Shown: piece after piece, positions 44,127-58,237 of the stretch
Position numbering within the stretch: the first letter of the stretch is position 1
Layout: the number at the start of each line of letters is the position of its first letter
Source of the DNA: Octopus vulgaris
Taxonomy: Eukaryota
Direction: 5' to 3'
Assembly (NCBI GenBank): GCA_951406725.2
Contig: OX597824.1
Location: 92,380,001-92,444,000 of the forward strand
Length of the DNA: 64,000 bases
The notes under the pieces: generated by a model
What the model was told of the DNA's origin: nothing
The model's database searches: none
The model's input: only the letters and a program-made list of their open reading frames with translations
Program-made: the position numbers and the translations under genes

Positions 44127-44643
44127 ATTGGTTTATGGTAGTTGGGCAGTTGAGTGGACTGAAGAGATGTAAAGAATTGAGCGCGAATATGGAGGGAAAG
44201 AATAAAATGGATTGTTGCTGAGTCATAGAAACATGGAGTGGATGATGGGAAGGCGGTGGAGGGCGGGGATGGAGACGTAGGGGTGAGAGTAAGTAGGGAA
44301 AAGAGTAATGGTTGATGGTGAGGAAATAGTGTGTTAGATAAGAGTGGGGGGAGGAAATTGGAAACAAATCAGTAGAGAAAGAGCGAGAGGGAGAGAGAGA
44401 GATAGAGAGAGACAAAGAGACAGAAAGAGTCTATTTCTGTTTGAGACAGAAAGAGAAAGAGGGAGAGAGAGAGAGAGAGAGAGATTGTGTGAGTGTGTTT
44501 GTGTATGAGAGATAGAGAGAGCGAAAGAAAGAGTCACAGAGAGGCAGAGAAAGAAGGTCTGTGTTTGAGAAGGAGAGAGAGTTAAAGAGAGTCCGAGTGG
44601 GGTTCAGAATGGAAAAGATAGAGTTTGGAGGATTGATAGACGG

Positions 44644-44697
<54 letters not shown>

Positions 44698-44720
44698 TAT
44701 ACACATAATAAAAATGAAAT

Positions 44721-44772
<52 letters not shown>

Positions 44773-44812
44773 TAATCTAAGTATATATAAATATATATGT
44801 ATGTATATATGC

Positions 44813-44845
<33 letters not shown>

Positions 44846-45364
44846 TTACTTGTTATATGTATATATGTATATATGTATATATATATGTATATATGTATAT
44901 ATGTATGTATGTATGTATGTATGTGTGTATATGAAGATAGGCAGATAGATGGATAGAGAGAAGGACCACAGACCACAGAGGTGGTAGTACGAGGGAATAG
45001 GAGTATGTGTGTATTGAAGAAGTTCAATACTGGTTTTGACTAAGAGTGGTAACAAGCGAGTGATGAGAGATGGGGGGAGTAGATGTGTTAGTGTGCATTA
45101 GTGTGTGTGGGGGGGGCGTTAGCAATTAGAAAAGAAGAGGGTTGGGTGTGATTGGAAGAAAACAAAGAAAAATAACTCAGAAAAACAGTAAAAGAAAAGG
45201 GCAGATATCGAAGAATATGTACGAAACAGAGATTTAAACATAATATAAAAAAAATATATATATAAGAAATGGTGGGGATGTATGCGAAGTGTTATACGCG
45301 TGATTATGTTGCATCCTATATATGTATATGTATGTGTATATATATATTTATATACATACATATA

Positions 45365-45426
<62 letters not shown>

Positions 45427-45644
45427 TATGCATATATATATACGTATATATACATATGTATATACACACACATATGTATATATATATATACATATATATA
45501 TACATAAATATATATATAAATATATATACACGTATGAATGTATATATATAAATATATATATATATATAAATTTATATATATACATACATGCGTATGTATA
45601 AATATATATTTATATATGCATATGTATATATAAATATATACATG

Positions 45645-45705
<61 letters not shown>

Positions 45706-46590
45706 TTGTATTTGCCTATCTGTGTGTATGTGTCTAAATGTTTATGTTTGTTTGCCAAAGTGCGATTATGCGTATATCATGTGATGAAGGAGAGTAGATA
45801 TGAGTAAGTGAAAGAGTATTATATTGATTTTTCTTTGGGCTCAAATTAAGTAAAAAAAAAAAATCCAAAAAATCAATGGGAGAGATCCCAGATTACATTT
45901 GGTCCCTTTTCGTTCCTTGTTTTCTTTTCGTTTGTTTGTTTGTTTGTTTGTTTTCTTTTGGTCGAAATTTAAGTAATGAATGGAAGAACTGACCTCTGTA
46001 AGAATTCGACTTGGTAGTGAAACGAATATTGGTAAATAAATTACTGTGATGCATTTGGTCTCACACATCGCTGTGGGATCCTTACATTACACCACACTCC
46101 GTTCCTCTGCAACGAAGAATGATGTATGCAAAAGAAAAGCGAAAGAATTCAAAGAAAATGTAAAATATATGGTATTGTCAAATAAGTTTGTGGTTTTGAA
46201 AATGTTTTTTGTCTTCTACTTGGCACTCCATCGTCTTGTGAATGCAAAAGGGGTAAAATTTATTCAAATTTCAAAATCGATAAACAAAAGAGGCAGAGGA
46301 AGAATGGAGCGGCAATTAAAACCAATGAAACTCTAAGTTAAAGATATTTTTCGCACTGATTCAAATGACATTGGAAAGAATTAAAGTGGAGAAGAAAGAA
46401 AGAAAGAAAGAATAAAAGATAGAAAGAAAGACAGAAAGAAATATATACAGAAAGCAATAAAGAAAGAAAGAAAGAAAGAAAGATACGGAAAATATATCTG
46501 ACAGTGTACTAGAATATTCACCAAAAAAAAACGAGAAAAAGAATGCAGTAAAAATACAGAGAGTAACCTACGTCCATATATGAATATTTG

Positions 46591-46905
46591 GTCTTTACGT
46601 TCTGAGTTCAAATTCCGCCGAGGCTGACTTTGCTTTTCATCCTTTCGGGGTCGATAAAGTATATACCACTTGCGTACTGGGGTCGATTTAAACGATTGGA
46701 TCCCCCCACCCCAAATTTCGAGCCTTGTTTCTAGTGTAGGAAAGCATGTATGAATATGTGCTTTTTACGTTTTGAGTTCAAATTCCGCCGAAGCCAACTT
46801 TGGTTTTCATCCTTTCGAGGTCGATAAATTAAGTACCAGTTGCGTTCTGGTGCATCGGCTGGCCTCTCCCCAAAACTTTCGGGCCTTGTGACAAGAGTAG
46901 AAAAG
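46591..46905 (+). mobile_element. Two tandem 5'-truncated SINE family A copies
   Basis: Both start at TTTACGTT.TGAGTTCAAATTCCGCCGA and end with tail 2. A spacer CAT.TAT...TAT.TG occurs three times. Confidence 0.85.
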
Positions 46906-47905
46906 CATATATACGTATGTGGAGGTAGATGGCCCAGTGGTTAGAGCAGCGGACTCGTGTTAAATAAATGCTGGGGCAACAGATTAAATAATGATTATTG
47001 ATTATTACTAAACACTACCAACGTAAAGAAATTGATTTGATTACAGAACCCTATGATAAACTAACCGTTGCTGTTGCGTAAATCCAGATCAACCCAGAGA
47101 GCTGACTAATGTCCAAAAACTCTCCAATTGTGCCCATAAGGTCTTTGAAAATATATCTAAAACTACATCTCAAAAAATATTTCCACTTTTTAAGATAGCG
47201 AAATCACGCTGGATAAACTTCAAAGTGTCATTGCTTCGGCCTTACTGTCTGAGGAGCTCGACATCTTTCTTGTTCCTTCGTAGTTTCTAAAATTAGCACA
47301 GGGACAATGTAATAGACAAAAGTCTCCCTTGAAATTTCCGACTCTCAGCCTATAGTAGATATAAATATTTTCTTTATCTTTAAAGACTGTTAGTGAAGAA
47401 TGATTTGACTGCTATCTCATTCACGTGGGCCTTAACATATAGAGACGCCCTGCAAGCTTTTGGTTTCTTGGCATTTCTGACACAGTAAACGCGATAACAT
47501 CTCCTTGGATAGGACTGTGTAACGGAGTTGAGTCGATATGTTAGCATTCAGTAAACGTTCTAAACTGGTCAAAACCACAATTCCTTCGGCATCCAAATAC
47601 AAATATCCGCACGATTTAGATATTACAAGATGTGATATTAGTCTTATAATGTACGTATTCGAGCTCTGTTCTGGGGTTCATCAGGTTGGTTACCCTGTTT
47701 ACATTAGGGTAAGTGACTGAGATCAAGGCATTCCCCTTGAAAGAGGAAACCAGTCCATCGCAGGATCATATGCTTACAGATGAATCAATTGGACCAACGT
47801 GAATCGAAATGATTTTCACAAAATGCACCGCACATTTCCAATCCGTGGATCGAACCTAGGCACAGCCTAATCATTCATCTTAATGACTGTCTTTTAGTTT
47901 TGCTA

Positions 47906-48245
47906 AGGCACATGGTTCAGTGGTTAGAGTAATGGGCTGCAATCATGATGTTGTGAGTGAGATTCCTGGACATAATGCGTGTTGTTTTATTGAGCGGGAA
48001 ACTTTATTTCACGTTGCTCCAGTTCACTCGGCTGTAACAATGGATTACAACATCACTGGTGCCAAGCTGTATCGGCTTCTGCCTTTCCCTTCGACAACAT
48101 CAGTGGCATGGAAACGAGGAGTTGATATGCATGGTTTACTGCCGGTCTTCCACAAATAACCATGTCCGGACTTGTGCCTCAGAACGGAACGTTCTAGGTA
48201 CAATTTTGTGTACACTTGTGATCAAAGAGCGTCTTTATCCCAGTA
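47906..48245 (+). mobile_element. SINE family B, older diverged copy
   Basis: AAGGCACATGGTTCAGTGGTTAGAG head, GGTGCCAAGCTGTATCGG body and GTCTTTATCCC tail. Confidence 0.78.
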
Positions 48246-49356
48246 GTTTTTAAGATAAAACTATTTTATGACATTGCAAATATTAAATTACTTAGGCATT
48301 AGCGAAAATGCGCAACATACACCTTTAAACATATATTATTAATAAATGATATGTACTTGGACGAGGATATAGTCACGCATTCTCGGCTCGTATTTCATAA
48401 ACCTCAGGTAGATTATCGTTGTTGATGGTCATTTGGCAATAATTTGGGAAATACTCTTCATTGCTACTAAACGAATTAGTGATGACTTGCTTCTGTAGTG
48501 AACTTCTGTCATTGCTGTGTAGGAACATAAACTAGAAGAGAAAATAGCTATATGTAAGAGTAATATAGTACTAGCGGTTGGAAGTTATTGGTTTTTCTGT
48601 AATCTAAGAAATCATGAACAAAATACAAGACCCTCTTACACAACAAATCTCATATGTTCTGATTATCTTTCTCTGGTAACCTCTTGTGCTCTCTGTTTCA
48701 ATATATATATGTATATATATATATGTATATATATATAGAGAGAGAGATAGATACATACATACATAAATGCATACATACGTATATACGTACACAGGCACGT
48801 GTAATATGAATTCATGTAATAAAGAATATGTATAATATCAGAAAATACATTCCAAAATGCATAGAAATATTCAGATGATATAATCTGGTAGAAAATGCAT
48901 TGAGGAATGAATAATGAACCCAATTAAAAATGAATTAAACATGGATTCTAGTACATTAAGTTTTTGGTACACGAGGTGTATCACAATGACCTTTAAGAGT
49001 TACGCCATTAATAGGTACCGCTCATGTACATCGATGCGGAGAAGAAGGATTCATAATGGTCTTTTGCTCTGGTATGTAACGTGGCATCACGTTGGGAAGT
49101 AGGGTCGAGTGCAAAAGTAAGTATTTTATCATTAAGCGTGGTGATTTAAGAATAAGGATAATGCATGGCGTACTCTTTCTCTCCAACTTAGATGAGGAAA
49201 AGGTATCGCCTCACTGAAGATATAATATTAAGTAGGCCCTTGCTAGGAAGAAATTAATATGTACATCATTGATATACAAAGATATCTCTATTACTCTCTA
49301 TCTGCCTCTCTATCTCTATCTATCTATATATCTACCTATCTACCTAACTATCTTTA

Positions 49357-49434
<78 letters not shown>

Positions 49435-49811
49435 CACTCACACGCACACACACACATATATATATGCATATGTTTGTGTGTATGTATGTATCTAAGTACA
49501 TATATAGCAAACGTCATCCCTGAGTCCTTGTGTCATTACCTGGGAAGCCGACCTTGGCTTCCCAGGTAAAGTCGCAAATATATTCCTCCATTGCACAGGA
49601 CGCTGGACCGATGCAGATTTATAAGTCTTTTGGAGATGACTGGACGTGAGAAACGTGAAATAATGTGTTTCGCTCTATGACACATCATTTCTCGGCCCAG
49701 GAATCGAAGCTATAATTTAACAACCTTGAGTGCGAAACCGGAACCACTATCCCCTCACAGAACCACACATGCAAGCAGGTATTTGTGTGAAAATAGACAC
49801 TCAAATATATA

Positions 49812-50215
49812 TATTCTTTTATTTGTTTCAGTTATTTCACTGCTGCCGTGCTGGAGCACCGCCTTTTACTTAAGTAAATCGACCCAAGGACTTATTCTTT
49901 GTAAGCCTAGTAATTGTTCTATCCGTCTCTTTTGCCGAACTGCTAAGTTAGAGGGACGTGAAAACACCAGCATCGGATGTCAAGTAATGATGAGGAACCA
50001 ACGAGATCAAACACAAACATCCATCATATATATATATAGATATGTGTATACAACGCGCTTCTTTCAGTTTCCATCTACCAAATACAATCACAAGGCTTTC
50101 GACGGCCCCATACTATAGTAGAAGATACTTGCCCAATGTGACATGCAGTGGGACTGAAACCGGAAGGAAACCATGAGGTTGGTAAGGAAGGTACTTACCA
50201 AACAGTCACTCTTGC
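49812..50215 (-). mobile_element. SINE family D, diverged
   Basis: Tail, internal microsatellite and head are all recognisable in reverse orientation. Confidence 0.78.
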
Positions 50216-50334
50216 ATATATATATATATATGTATACGCACATACACAAATGCATCAGAGTAGGAGCAGATGTTAGCCGAAACGATCGTCGTGTTAATTG
50301 AAGCATTCACTGGAATCTCTGCTTTTAATCAAAT

Positions 50335-50387
<53 letters not shown>

Positions 50388-50461
50388 CACAAATACATGA
50401 ATATATACACGCATAAATTCACATAAACATTCATATATAAATATGCATACGCACACACACA

Positions 50462-50519
<58 letters not shown>

Positions 50520-50837
50520 CATATATATATGCGTACATATGCGTAGCTCCACACGTAGGCGCACGCACACATGCGTATCTGAATAACTGAATTAAATTCA
50601 GATATAAAACCAGAATGCCGGTTAGACAAGGAGACATTCATTTTCGCTTTAGACATACTAAGTTTAAATTTATTTAAATTACTTCAAATTCCTCTACTTT
50701 AAAATCTGTGACGCAGAAATATGCTTTCAACTAACATTTGGCATACTGCTTGGTATTAAAAAAGAATAAGTTGAGAGAAATTTGCTAGTAATATTTCGTA
50801 TGCTTCCTGAAAATTTTTATAGCTGTATTTCGTAAAC

Positions 50838-51480
50838 ATCATCCTTCTCTTCTCCACATTTGCTAGGCCCCACCTCGAATACTACTGCCAATTGTGGTTC
50901 CCCTACAAAAGACAAGACATAATGAGGGTGGAAGCCCCCACAAAGATCAATCGCAAAAAAAGTAAATGGCATTAAGGGACTTAATTATTGGGTTCGACTT
51001 AAACAGCTGAAGGCCTATTCTCTGCAACGCTGCCATGAGTGATACATTATTTTCACCATGTGGAAAATATTCCACCAATATTATCCAAATGATATTAGCA
51101 TTATGCTTACATTTCACCCAAGACTAGGCCCCCATGCAATGCGTCCCCAACAAAGGTCGAGATCACATCACATAAGAACATTGTGAAACATTGACACAAT
51201 TTCTTCACTGTAAATGGTCCTGCACTTTTCAATGTTATCCCAAAAGAAATTAAAGTAGAAAAATACCCGAAACTTTCGAACAGTACTTGAACAAATTCTT
51301 CAAGTAAATACCGGATAAACCACCTACACCTGGATACGTCTCAGCCAACAACAACTCTCTGCTTCGGTGGTCAATCGTGTGCCGAAATAATAAACTAAAA
51401 GATTTTTCCAGGTGGTGCTATTGAGTTAGTCATGGCCCGGGCCGATAATGGCCGAAACCAATCTAAGTTATCTAAGTTAT
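50838..51480 (+). pseudogene. CR1-clade LINE 3' fragment
   Basis: Translates as FSTFARPHLEYYCQLWFPYKRQDIMRVEA..QRSIAKKVNGIKGLNYWVRLKQLKAYSLQR (CR1-type RPHLEY..W.P motif) with stops and frameshifts. Ends in a (TCTAAGTTA)2 tail. Confidence 0.85.
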
Positions 51481-51794
51481 ACAAACGGGTAATGTTTTAA
51501 TTGTAATCTTCTCACTGTAGGCAACTTAGTGGATGTAGTCAATTCTTTTTCAAACTATTCCTTTCGATTGTGATTTTTCGTTTGTTTATATATGGGGAAT
51601 TTCAACCGTGTTTCGTGGTCTGCTACCACAAGAGCTCCTTTATAGGATCAAGTTAGCTCAAGACATCATCAGGAGGAACCACGTCCGGTTTCGGCCTTTA
51701 CTCCTCTACCGTTTTGACGGAGGTGTCTTCAGCTCTGGTGTTGGGTGGACAAGATAAGCATCAATCATATAATACAAGATATATATTAATATAA

Positions 51795-51916
51795 TCCTTT
51801 CTACTATAGGCAGAGACCTGAAATGTTTAGGAATTTAAACTCAGAATGTAAAAACGGATGAAATGCCGCTAAGCATTTTGTCCGATGCGTTAAAAATTCT
51901 GCCAGCTCACCACCTT
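51795..51916 (-). mobile_element. SINE family A, internally deleted
   Basis: Head and B-box joined directly to tail 2. Confidence 0.7.
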
Positions 51917-51949
51917 AGTTATGTATTAACATAATAATACAAAATATAT

Positions 51950-52232
51950 GAAGGCTTAGTGTTTAGTGTGTTGCATTTACGATCTAGTAACCGTGGGTTC
52001 GATTCCTGGCTGCTCTGACCACTTGAGTAAAGCCCTTCATTTCCCTTCATTTCCACTGAGCTATATATCGCAGAGATCTCTACTATATGCAGAGACCGCA
52101 ACCCTTTCTAAGAAGGAGGAATACTAGCTGCTTTCCAAGCTAGCGGAGAGGCATCATTCGAACGCTAAAACAAAATCGCATTGTGAACAATGATATATAA
52201 CAGCATCTGATAGCCTCGTCGATCACGTGATC
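51950..52232 (+). mobile_element. Degenerate tRNA-headed SINE with another tail type
   Basis: GGCTTAGTGTTTAG A-box and GGGTTCGATTCC B-box. Confidence 0.55.
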
Positions 52233-52971
52233 TCATTATATTACATGGAATATGCACCAGGGATCTTGCTGCTTATAGAAATTGTGAAGGAGTTAGTAAA
52301 GTTATGTGGTGATTACAATCGAGATTTGTAATGGGCCCTTTGCTATTCATTTACCCAAGTACACTGGTGATCTCAGTTTTAAGATCAGCGTTTTGACGTG
52401 TGTTGAAAACCGTTTACGTTGTGAAACATGCTACGATGTTTTTTTACTGCACTCATTACAAGATAGGGAGAATAAGGTATAAGTTCATTTGGTGGTTAAT
52501 GCGAATAACAATTTTATTAAACATGTGGTTACACAGCATTTTAATGATAAAATAAATAAGTTAAGACATTTAATCCTGTTCCAGATACACGCGTTGATAT
52601 TTTTAGCAAAATCTGGAATGAATTTAAGTATGCAACTTGCAGCTAAATTAAAAGGTTAAAGTGATATTAATGAATTTTGTTATGATAGGAAAAGCATGGA
52701 ATAAGTACACAAGGGTATAAGGCTGGAAATTTCATTGAACATTTTTGCGCGTAGGTAGAGATGTGCGTGTGTGTGTGTGTGCGTGCCTGTGTGTATTTGT
52801 GTGTGTGTGTGTGTGTGTGTTTGTGTGTGTGTTTGTGTGTATATGTGTGTGTGCGTGTGTGTGTGTGTATTTATACCTCTGTGTATTCAAGCATGTATCT
52901 GCTTTAATATATTCCACTCAGCAAGTAACCTGTGTCATGTGAATATAGCAGAACAAAAGCTTGGTTATGAT

Positions 52972-53121
52972 TGTAGTAGTAGTAGTAGTAGTGGTAGTAG
53001 TAGCAGTAGTAGTAGTTATAGTAGTAGTAGTAATGGTGGTAGTAGTAGTAGTTATAGTAGTAGTAGTAGTAGTGGTGGTGTGGTAGTAGTAGTAGTAGTA
53101 GTAGTAGTTATAGTAGTAGTA

Positions 53122-53165
<44 letters not shown>

Positions 53166-53266
53166 TGTAGTAGTAGTAGTAGTTATAGTACTAGTAGTAG
53201 AAGTAGTAATAGTAGTAGTAGTAGTAGTAGTAGTAGTTATAGTAGTAGTAGTGGTGGTAGTAGTAA

Positions 53267-53320
<54 letters not shown>

Positions 53321-53380
53321 CAGTAGCATCAGCAATAGTAGTGGTAGTCTTTGTGGTTGCTGCTGCTGCTGTGGTTGTTG
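52972..53380. repeat. (TAG)n microsatellite
   Basis: Direct reading. Confidence 0.95.
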
Positions 53381-53741
53381 CTTAATTATGTTCTGTGCGT
53401 TTCGAACGACGAAGTTGCGTCAGTTATTATGCTCTAACCTGTTGATTGCAAACCATTCCACCGAGTTCCCAGAGGATTGCTTCGGCCTACCATTATGTCG
53501 TCTATTTGCTTCAGATCTTTTGGAACCATGCTCGAAATTCTTGCTGCTCCAACCTATGGAGATTTGCTTCGCTCTTTGTTCTTCGTTTCTGCGTTTCTTT
53601 GCCGAACTGTATCTGTATTTCGGTCGCCGTTCGATGTTTTTATTGAGTTCACTCAAAGAAATTTTATTGCTTGTTGCACTGCCATAAACTTTAAGCATAA
53701 TCGTTCAACGAAAGACTTGCAACACCTGCATATATACATAC

Positions 53742-53816
<75 letters not shown>

Positions 53817-53965
53817 CATACATATATATATACATACATATATATATACATATATATATATAAACATATATATATATAAGCATATATATATATATATATA
53901 CATATATATACACACATCTATATATATATACATATATATACACACATCTATATATATACATATAA

Positions 53966-54000
<35 letters not shown>

Positions 54001-54689
54001 TACATATATATATACACACATCTATATATATACATATAAATATATATATATATTTACCTTTATATATATATATGTATATATATGTGTGTGTATATATATA
54101 TATGTATATATATATATACATGCATATATATACACATATGTACATAGATATATATACGCGGGCGTGTGTACGTGTTCGTGTGTGGGTGTGTGGGTTTGTG
54201 TGTGTGTACCTAGGGACGCGGGACAAGTACAATGTAAAGGCTACTACAAGTTGGAGAGTAGTAGATATAAGTGCACGTATACTCTAATACGTTTTATTGA
54301 GTAGCAAAAATTGGTTCACCAGTGTTATAGAGTGACTATTAACACAATTACACAAATAGTATTTATGGAATCTCTTAACCGAAACCTAATATTTAGAATT
54401 CCTCTTTGGGAAGTACCATGAGATATCATGACATTTTTTCTATTTTCTTTCTTACTATTTGCTTTGCTTAGGTATGCTTATCGTTATTCTGTATTCTTGA
54501 TTCTGGTAGCGAATTGGATACAGGTTCTGTGAGGAGCTGCGCACAAACTGTGTAACAGTCGAGCAGAGATATCTCCGCTCCTTATTCTGCAAAAGAAAGC
54601 AAAATGTGGGATGTATCTATGTAAGTATACATGCATGCATGTAAACACACACACAACCACACACACAAACACATATATCCTTATAAGAC

Positions 54690-54965
54690 AAAAAGGACCC
54701 CTATCGGTCATGAATGACCATGTTATTACTTCTAGAAAGTTCTCCTCCTAGGCACAACACCGAGCAAGAATGTTTTAGGATGAACAGCAGTTACCCGTGC
54801 ATATCAGCCTCATCTCTCCACGCCACCAGTGTCATCCAAAGGAAATGCAAAGGGGCTGATACAGTTTGGCACCTGTGACGCACAACGCGCAGCCCGGTCC
54901 GGAATTCGAACTCACAAACTCTCGATCGTAAGCTCTACGCTCTAACCACTGAGCCATGCGCCTTC
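54690..54965 (-). mobile_element. SINE family B, diverged with internal deletion
   Basis: Aligns to 2562-2895. Head GAAGGCGCATGGCTCAGTGGTTAGAGCG. Confidence 0.82.
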
Positions 54966-55054
54966 ACATATATGTATATGTATATGTATATATATATATA
55001 TATACATACATATACATACGTATACATGTATATACATGTATATACACACACACA

Positions 55055-55088
<34 letters not shown>

Positions 55089-55664
55089 GACACATACACA
55101 CGCAGACACACACACACATGTATATATTACGATATCAAACAGATCATCGAATGTTGTCTGTTACAGACCAGTGATCAAAATATTCTTAGCATTTTTGTAG
55201 CTTTGTAATGATGCCTCCTCGCCGATAATTCTGACAGGCCAGCATTCCACCTGAACCGAATTCCCGTCTGCACAGCGTTAGCCATTTGCCGCTAAGTGCA
55301 GCAGACCATATTGATATGAATTCTTTTGCTCAAAAGCACAACACCCCTGAGAATTGAAACCGTGACCTCGCACTCGTGGTTGCAACATTTTAAACTCTTT
55401 ACACACCCGTGTGCGCACACGTATTCACGAATACACAACCATATACACAGTGATATAGGATGTGTATGTGTATATCTATGGGCATTTATTTATGCACACA
55501 TATGCACACACATTAACACTTGGATATATGCGAAGAAAATATTAATATGTAAATATAATAGTGCATAAAATTTCGAGTTATTTCCATGGACTCAGAAATA
55601 CTGAAGGAGCACTGCAATAAGTGTGTTGAATAAAATTATGATTAAGTGATTCTCCTGTATTTTT

Positions 55665-56194
55665 CAGAAATATTAAATTTCTAAATGTCTCAAAGAGACA
55701 TGAGTGGTGGTGGAGCGATAGAGTGGTTGTATACTGTCACATTAACGTGACAGTCCCGTATGGGAATTACACCACCGCTGTTTAGCCCTAGGAAGCGTCG
55801 AAAGCTTCCTGTGTCCTGATATTTGTGAAAGGGAGGCAAACACCCCCAACAGCCAAGATTCACACCTGAGGACATGCATGTTTCTAAGTCTTAACCCGTC
55901 ATCAGCCCAGGATAGTGAGATCTGCTGATTGAGGTGCCTTTCCAGCCTTCACAAATATATTTACAGTGAAATCTATTCACTGGTTAACCGTAATCAGAAA
56001 TATTAAATTTCTAAATGTCTCAAAGAGACATGAGCAGTGGTGGGGCGATAGAGTGGTTGTATACTGTCAACTTAACGTGACAGTCCCGTATGGGAATTAT
56101 GACGGGTTAAGACCCAGAAACATGCATGTCCTCAGGTGTGAATCTTTGCTGGTAGGGGTGCTTGCCTCCCCTTCACAAATATAAGGACACAGAA
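55665..56194 (-). mobile_element. Hammerhead-containing retrozyme-like element, family 2 (330-bp monomer + ~105-bp redundancy + inverted segment), 11-bp TSD
   Basis: Direct repeats at 55664-55769 and 55994-56099. 56099-56194 is the reverse complement of ~55808-55902. TSD CCTGTATTTTT at 55654-55664 and 56195-56205. Confidence 0.87.
55865..55911 (-). ncRNA. Type I hammerhead ribozyme
   Basis: CCTGGG-CTGATGA-CGGGT TAAG ACTTA-GAAA-CATGCATG-TC-CTCAGG with palindromic stem III ACATGCATGT. The inverted partial copy at 56099-56136 has the better stem II GGGT/ACCC. Confidence 0.82.
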
Positions 56195-56825
56195 CCTGTA
56201 TTTTTATTTTACACAAAATATATTTATTTTACACAAAGTCAGAAACTTTTCAACACCCCTCATACATATTTGAGCATTTCAGTAAAAAGGAGATCCGATT
56301 CTTCAGAGCGAAATGGCGACAATTGGAGGTCTTTGAGTCTTGAAAGAAATAACAGTGTATAATGGACCACTGCAAGATTAGAAATCCCAAACTGAAAAGA
56401 TATGTTTTTACTTCCATTTAAAATTTTCATCTGATTATATTATAGACCTCGCATCTTATCAACATTGTCTGCGAAAAACTCAGGCTCTTAAGAAACGTCT
56501 ATATTTATTCCTGGCGCTGTTTTAACAACGACGCGTCCAAGTTCCAATAAAACGATGCTGTACAAGTTTGTAGTGATATTAATGCTGAAATTTGTTTAAT
56601 CAATATAATTTCTTTGACAGATACGAGATCATATATTGGGTAAAGTCGAGAGAGAAATTAAACTGTGACAATTATTTTTGTTTGTCTCTTGAGTCCAAAG
56701 TTTATATTTTTCTTCTCTTGTATATTTTATGTGTTTGACTACGACTCACAAATTAATATTTGTATACATGTAAGCTTACATATACATATATAAGCATATA
56801 TACAAACATATATACACAGAAACAG

Positions 56826-56882
<57 letters not shown>

Positions 56883-57502
56883 AAAACACATACACACACA
56901 TTTATGTATACATACGTATTATACTTAGCGGATATTTGTTGGTGAATAATCAAGGGTTGTACGACATAATTATATGTTTTAAATTAAGAGGATAGAAACC
57001 CACACGACATATATGATGTACAAAGATGAAGCGAACGCCCAATGGGACGAAATATCGTCTTTGATTCTGCGTCGTATAAGCCACTTCAATTTAACTCTTA
57101 CAGTTCAATAATATATACACGAAAACATTCATGCACATACACGTATACAATGTTTGTATACATAATACATAAATAGATAATTACCAATATATAAAAAAAA
57201 TGTGCGTGTGTATTTACGTATATATACGCAGATAAGTAGTCAACTTTGTATATAGTTAGGTATATATGAGTGTTGAGTTGCAATGTGGAAGGTACTTAGT
57301 TTATTAGTTTAATGTAATAGTTGGCTTTTTATCATGAGTTTGTGTTTTACGAGGTATGAGGCAATAGTTACTAGGGTGATAATGTAGTGCCCCTTAGGGA
57401 AACGCGTATGTGCGTGTGTTCGCATCTGTAAAGCAGGTGTTTCATCGTAGATGACTGATTGAAAGTCTAAACTGATTAAATTGTTTACGTGTGCATACAT
57501 AC

Positions 57503-57538
<36 letters not shown>

Positions 57539-57639
57539 TTATATATATATAATAGAAACATACATACATACATACAGAGAGAGAGAGAGAGAGCGGGAGA
57601 GAGGGATGGAGATTGGTACAAAGATATAGGTAGGTAAAT

Positions 57640-57752
<113 letters not shown>

Positions 57753-57987
57753 ATATATGTATATGTGTATATATATATAATGATAAATCTCAGAGAGAGT
57801 TATAAACAGTAGCGGTAACACATCGTGACGTGTATTTGCCATTTGAATATGGCTAACCCATAAGGGTGGATGCTACTGTAGTTTGTAGCCCCAGGAAGAT
57901 ATCTCCTCCAGCTGACTATAGACACACTATCTGTGTCCTCTCAGTATTTGTGAAGGGGAGTCATCCTCCCGTCTTCAACTCATAATA

Positions 57988-58034
57988 CACACGGACCCGA
58001 GTTTCAAGGTGTTTGTTTACCTTTCATCAGCGTG
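57988..58034 (-). ncRNA. Minimal type I hammerhead ribozyme, stem I shortened by the inversion junction
   Basis: CACG-CTGATGA-AAGGT AAACAAAC ACCTT-GAAA-C TCGG G-TC-CGTG. Confidence 0.8.
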
Positions 58035-58192
58035 ACAAATATGCGTCACGATGTGTTACCGCTACTGTTTATAACTCGCTCTGAGATTTATCATTGTTTG
58101 ATTTCACTTTTTCAATATCAGTGTCAATCGACACTGGAAAAAGTATATGTATTTGTGAAGGGAGCTGACTTCTCGTTGACAACTATGATTGT

Positions 58193-58237
58193 CACACGCT
58201 GATGAAAGGTAAACACCTTGAAACTCGGGTCCGTGTG
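58193..58237 (+). ncRNA. Minimal type I hammerhead ribozyme, canonical core
   Basis: Stem I CACACG/CGTGTG, CTGATGA, stem II AAGGT-AAAC-ACCTT, GAAA, short stem III C-TCGG-G, and GTC triplet. Predicted cleavage after 58231. Confidence 0.9.

Larger units (their letters stand above)
55570..56262 (+). mobile_element. Mariner 3' end fragment interrupted by the retrozyme insertion
   Basis: CTGCAATAAGTGTGTTGAATAAAATTATGATTAAGTGATTCTCCTGTATTTT [insert] ...AAAGTCAGAAACTTTTCAACACCCCTCA|TA is the reverse complement of 21976-22125. Confidence 0.7.
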
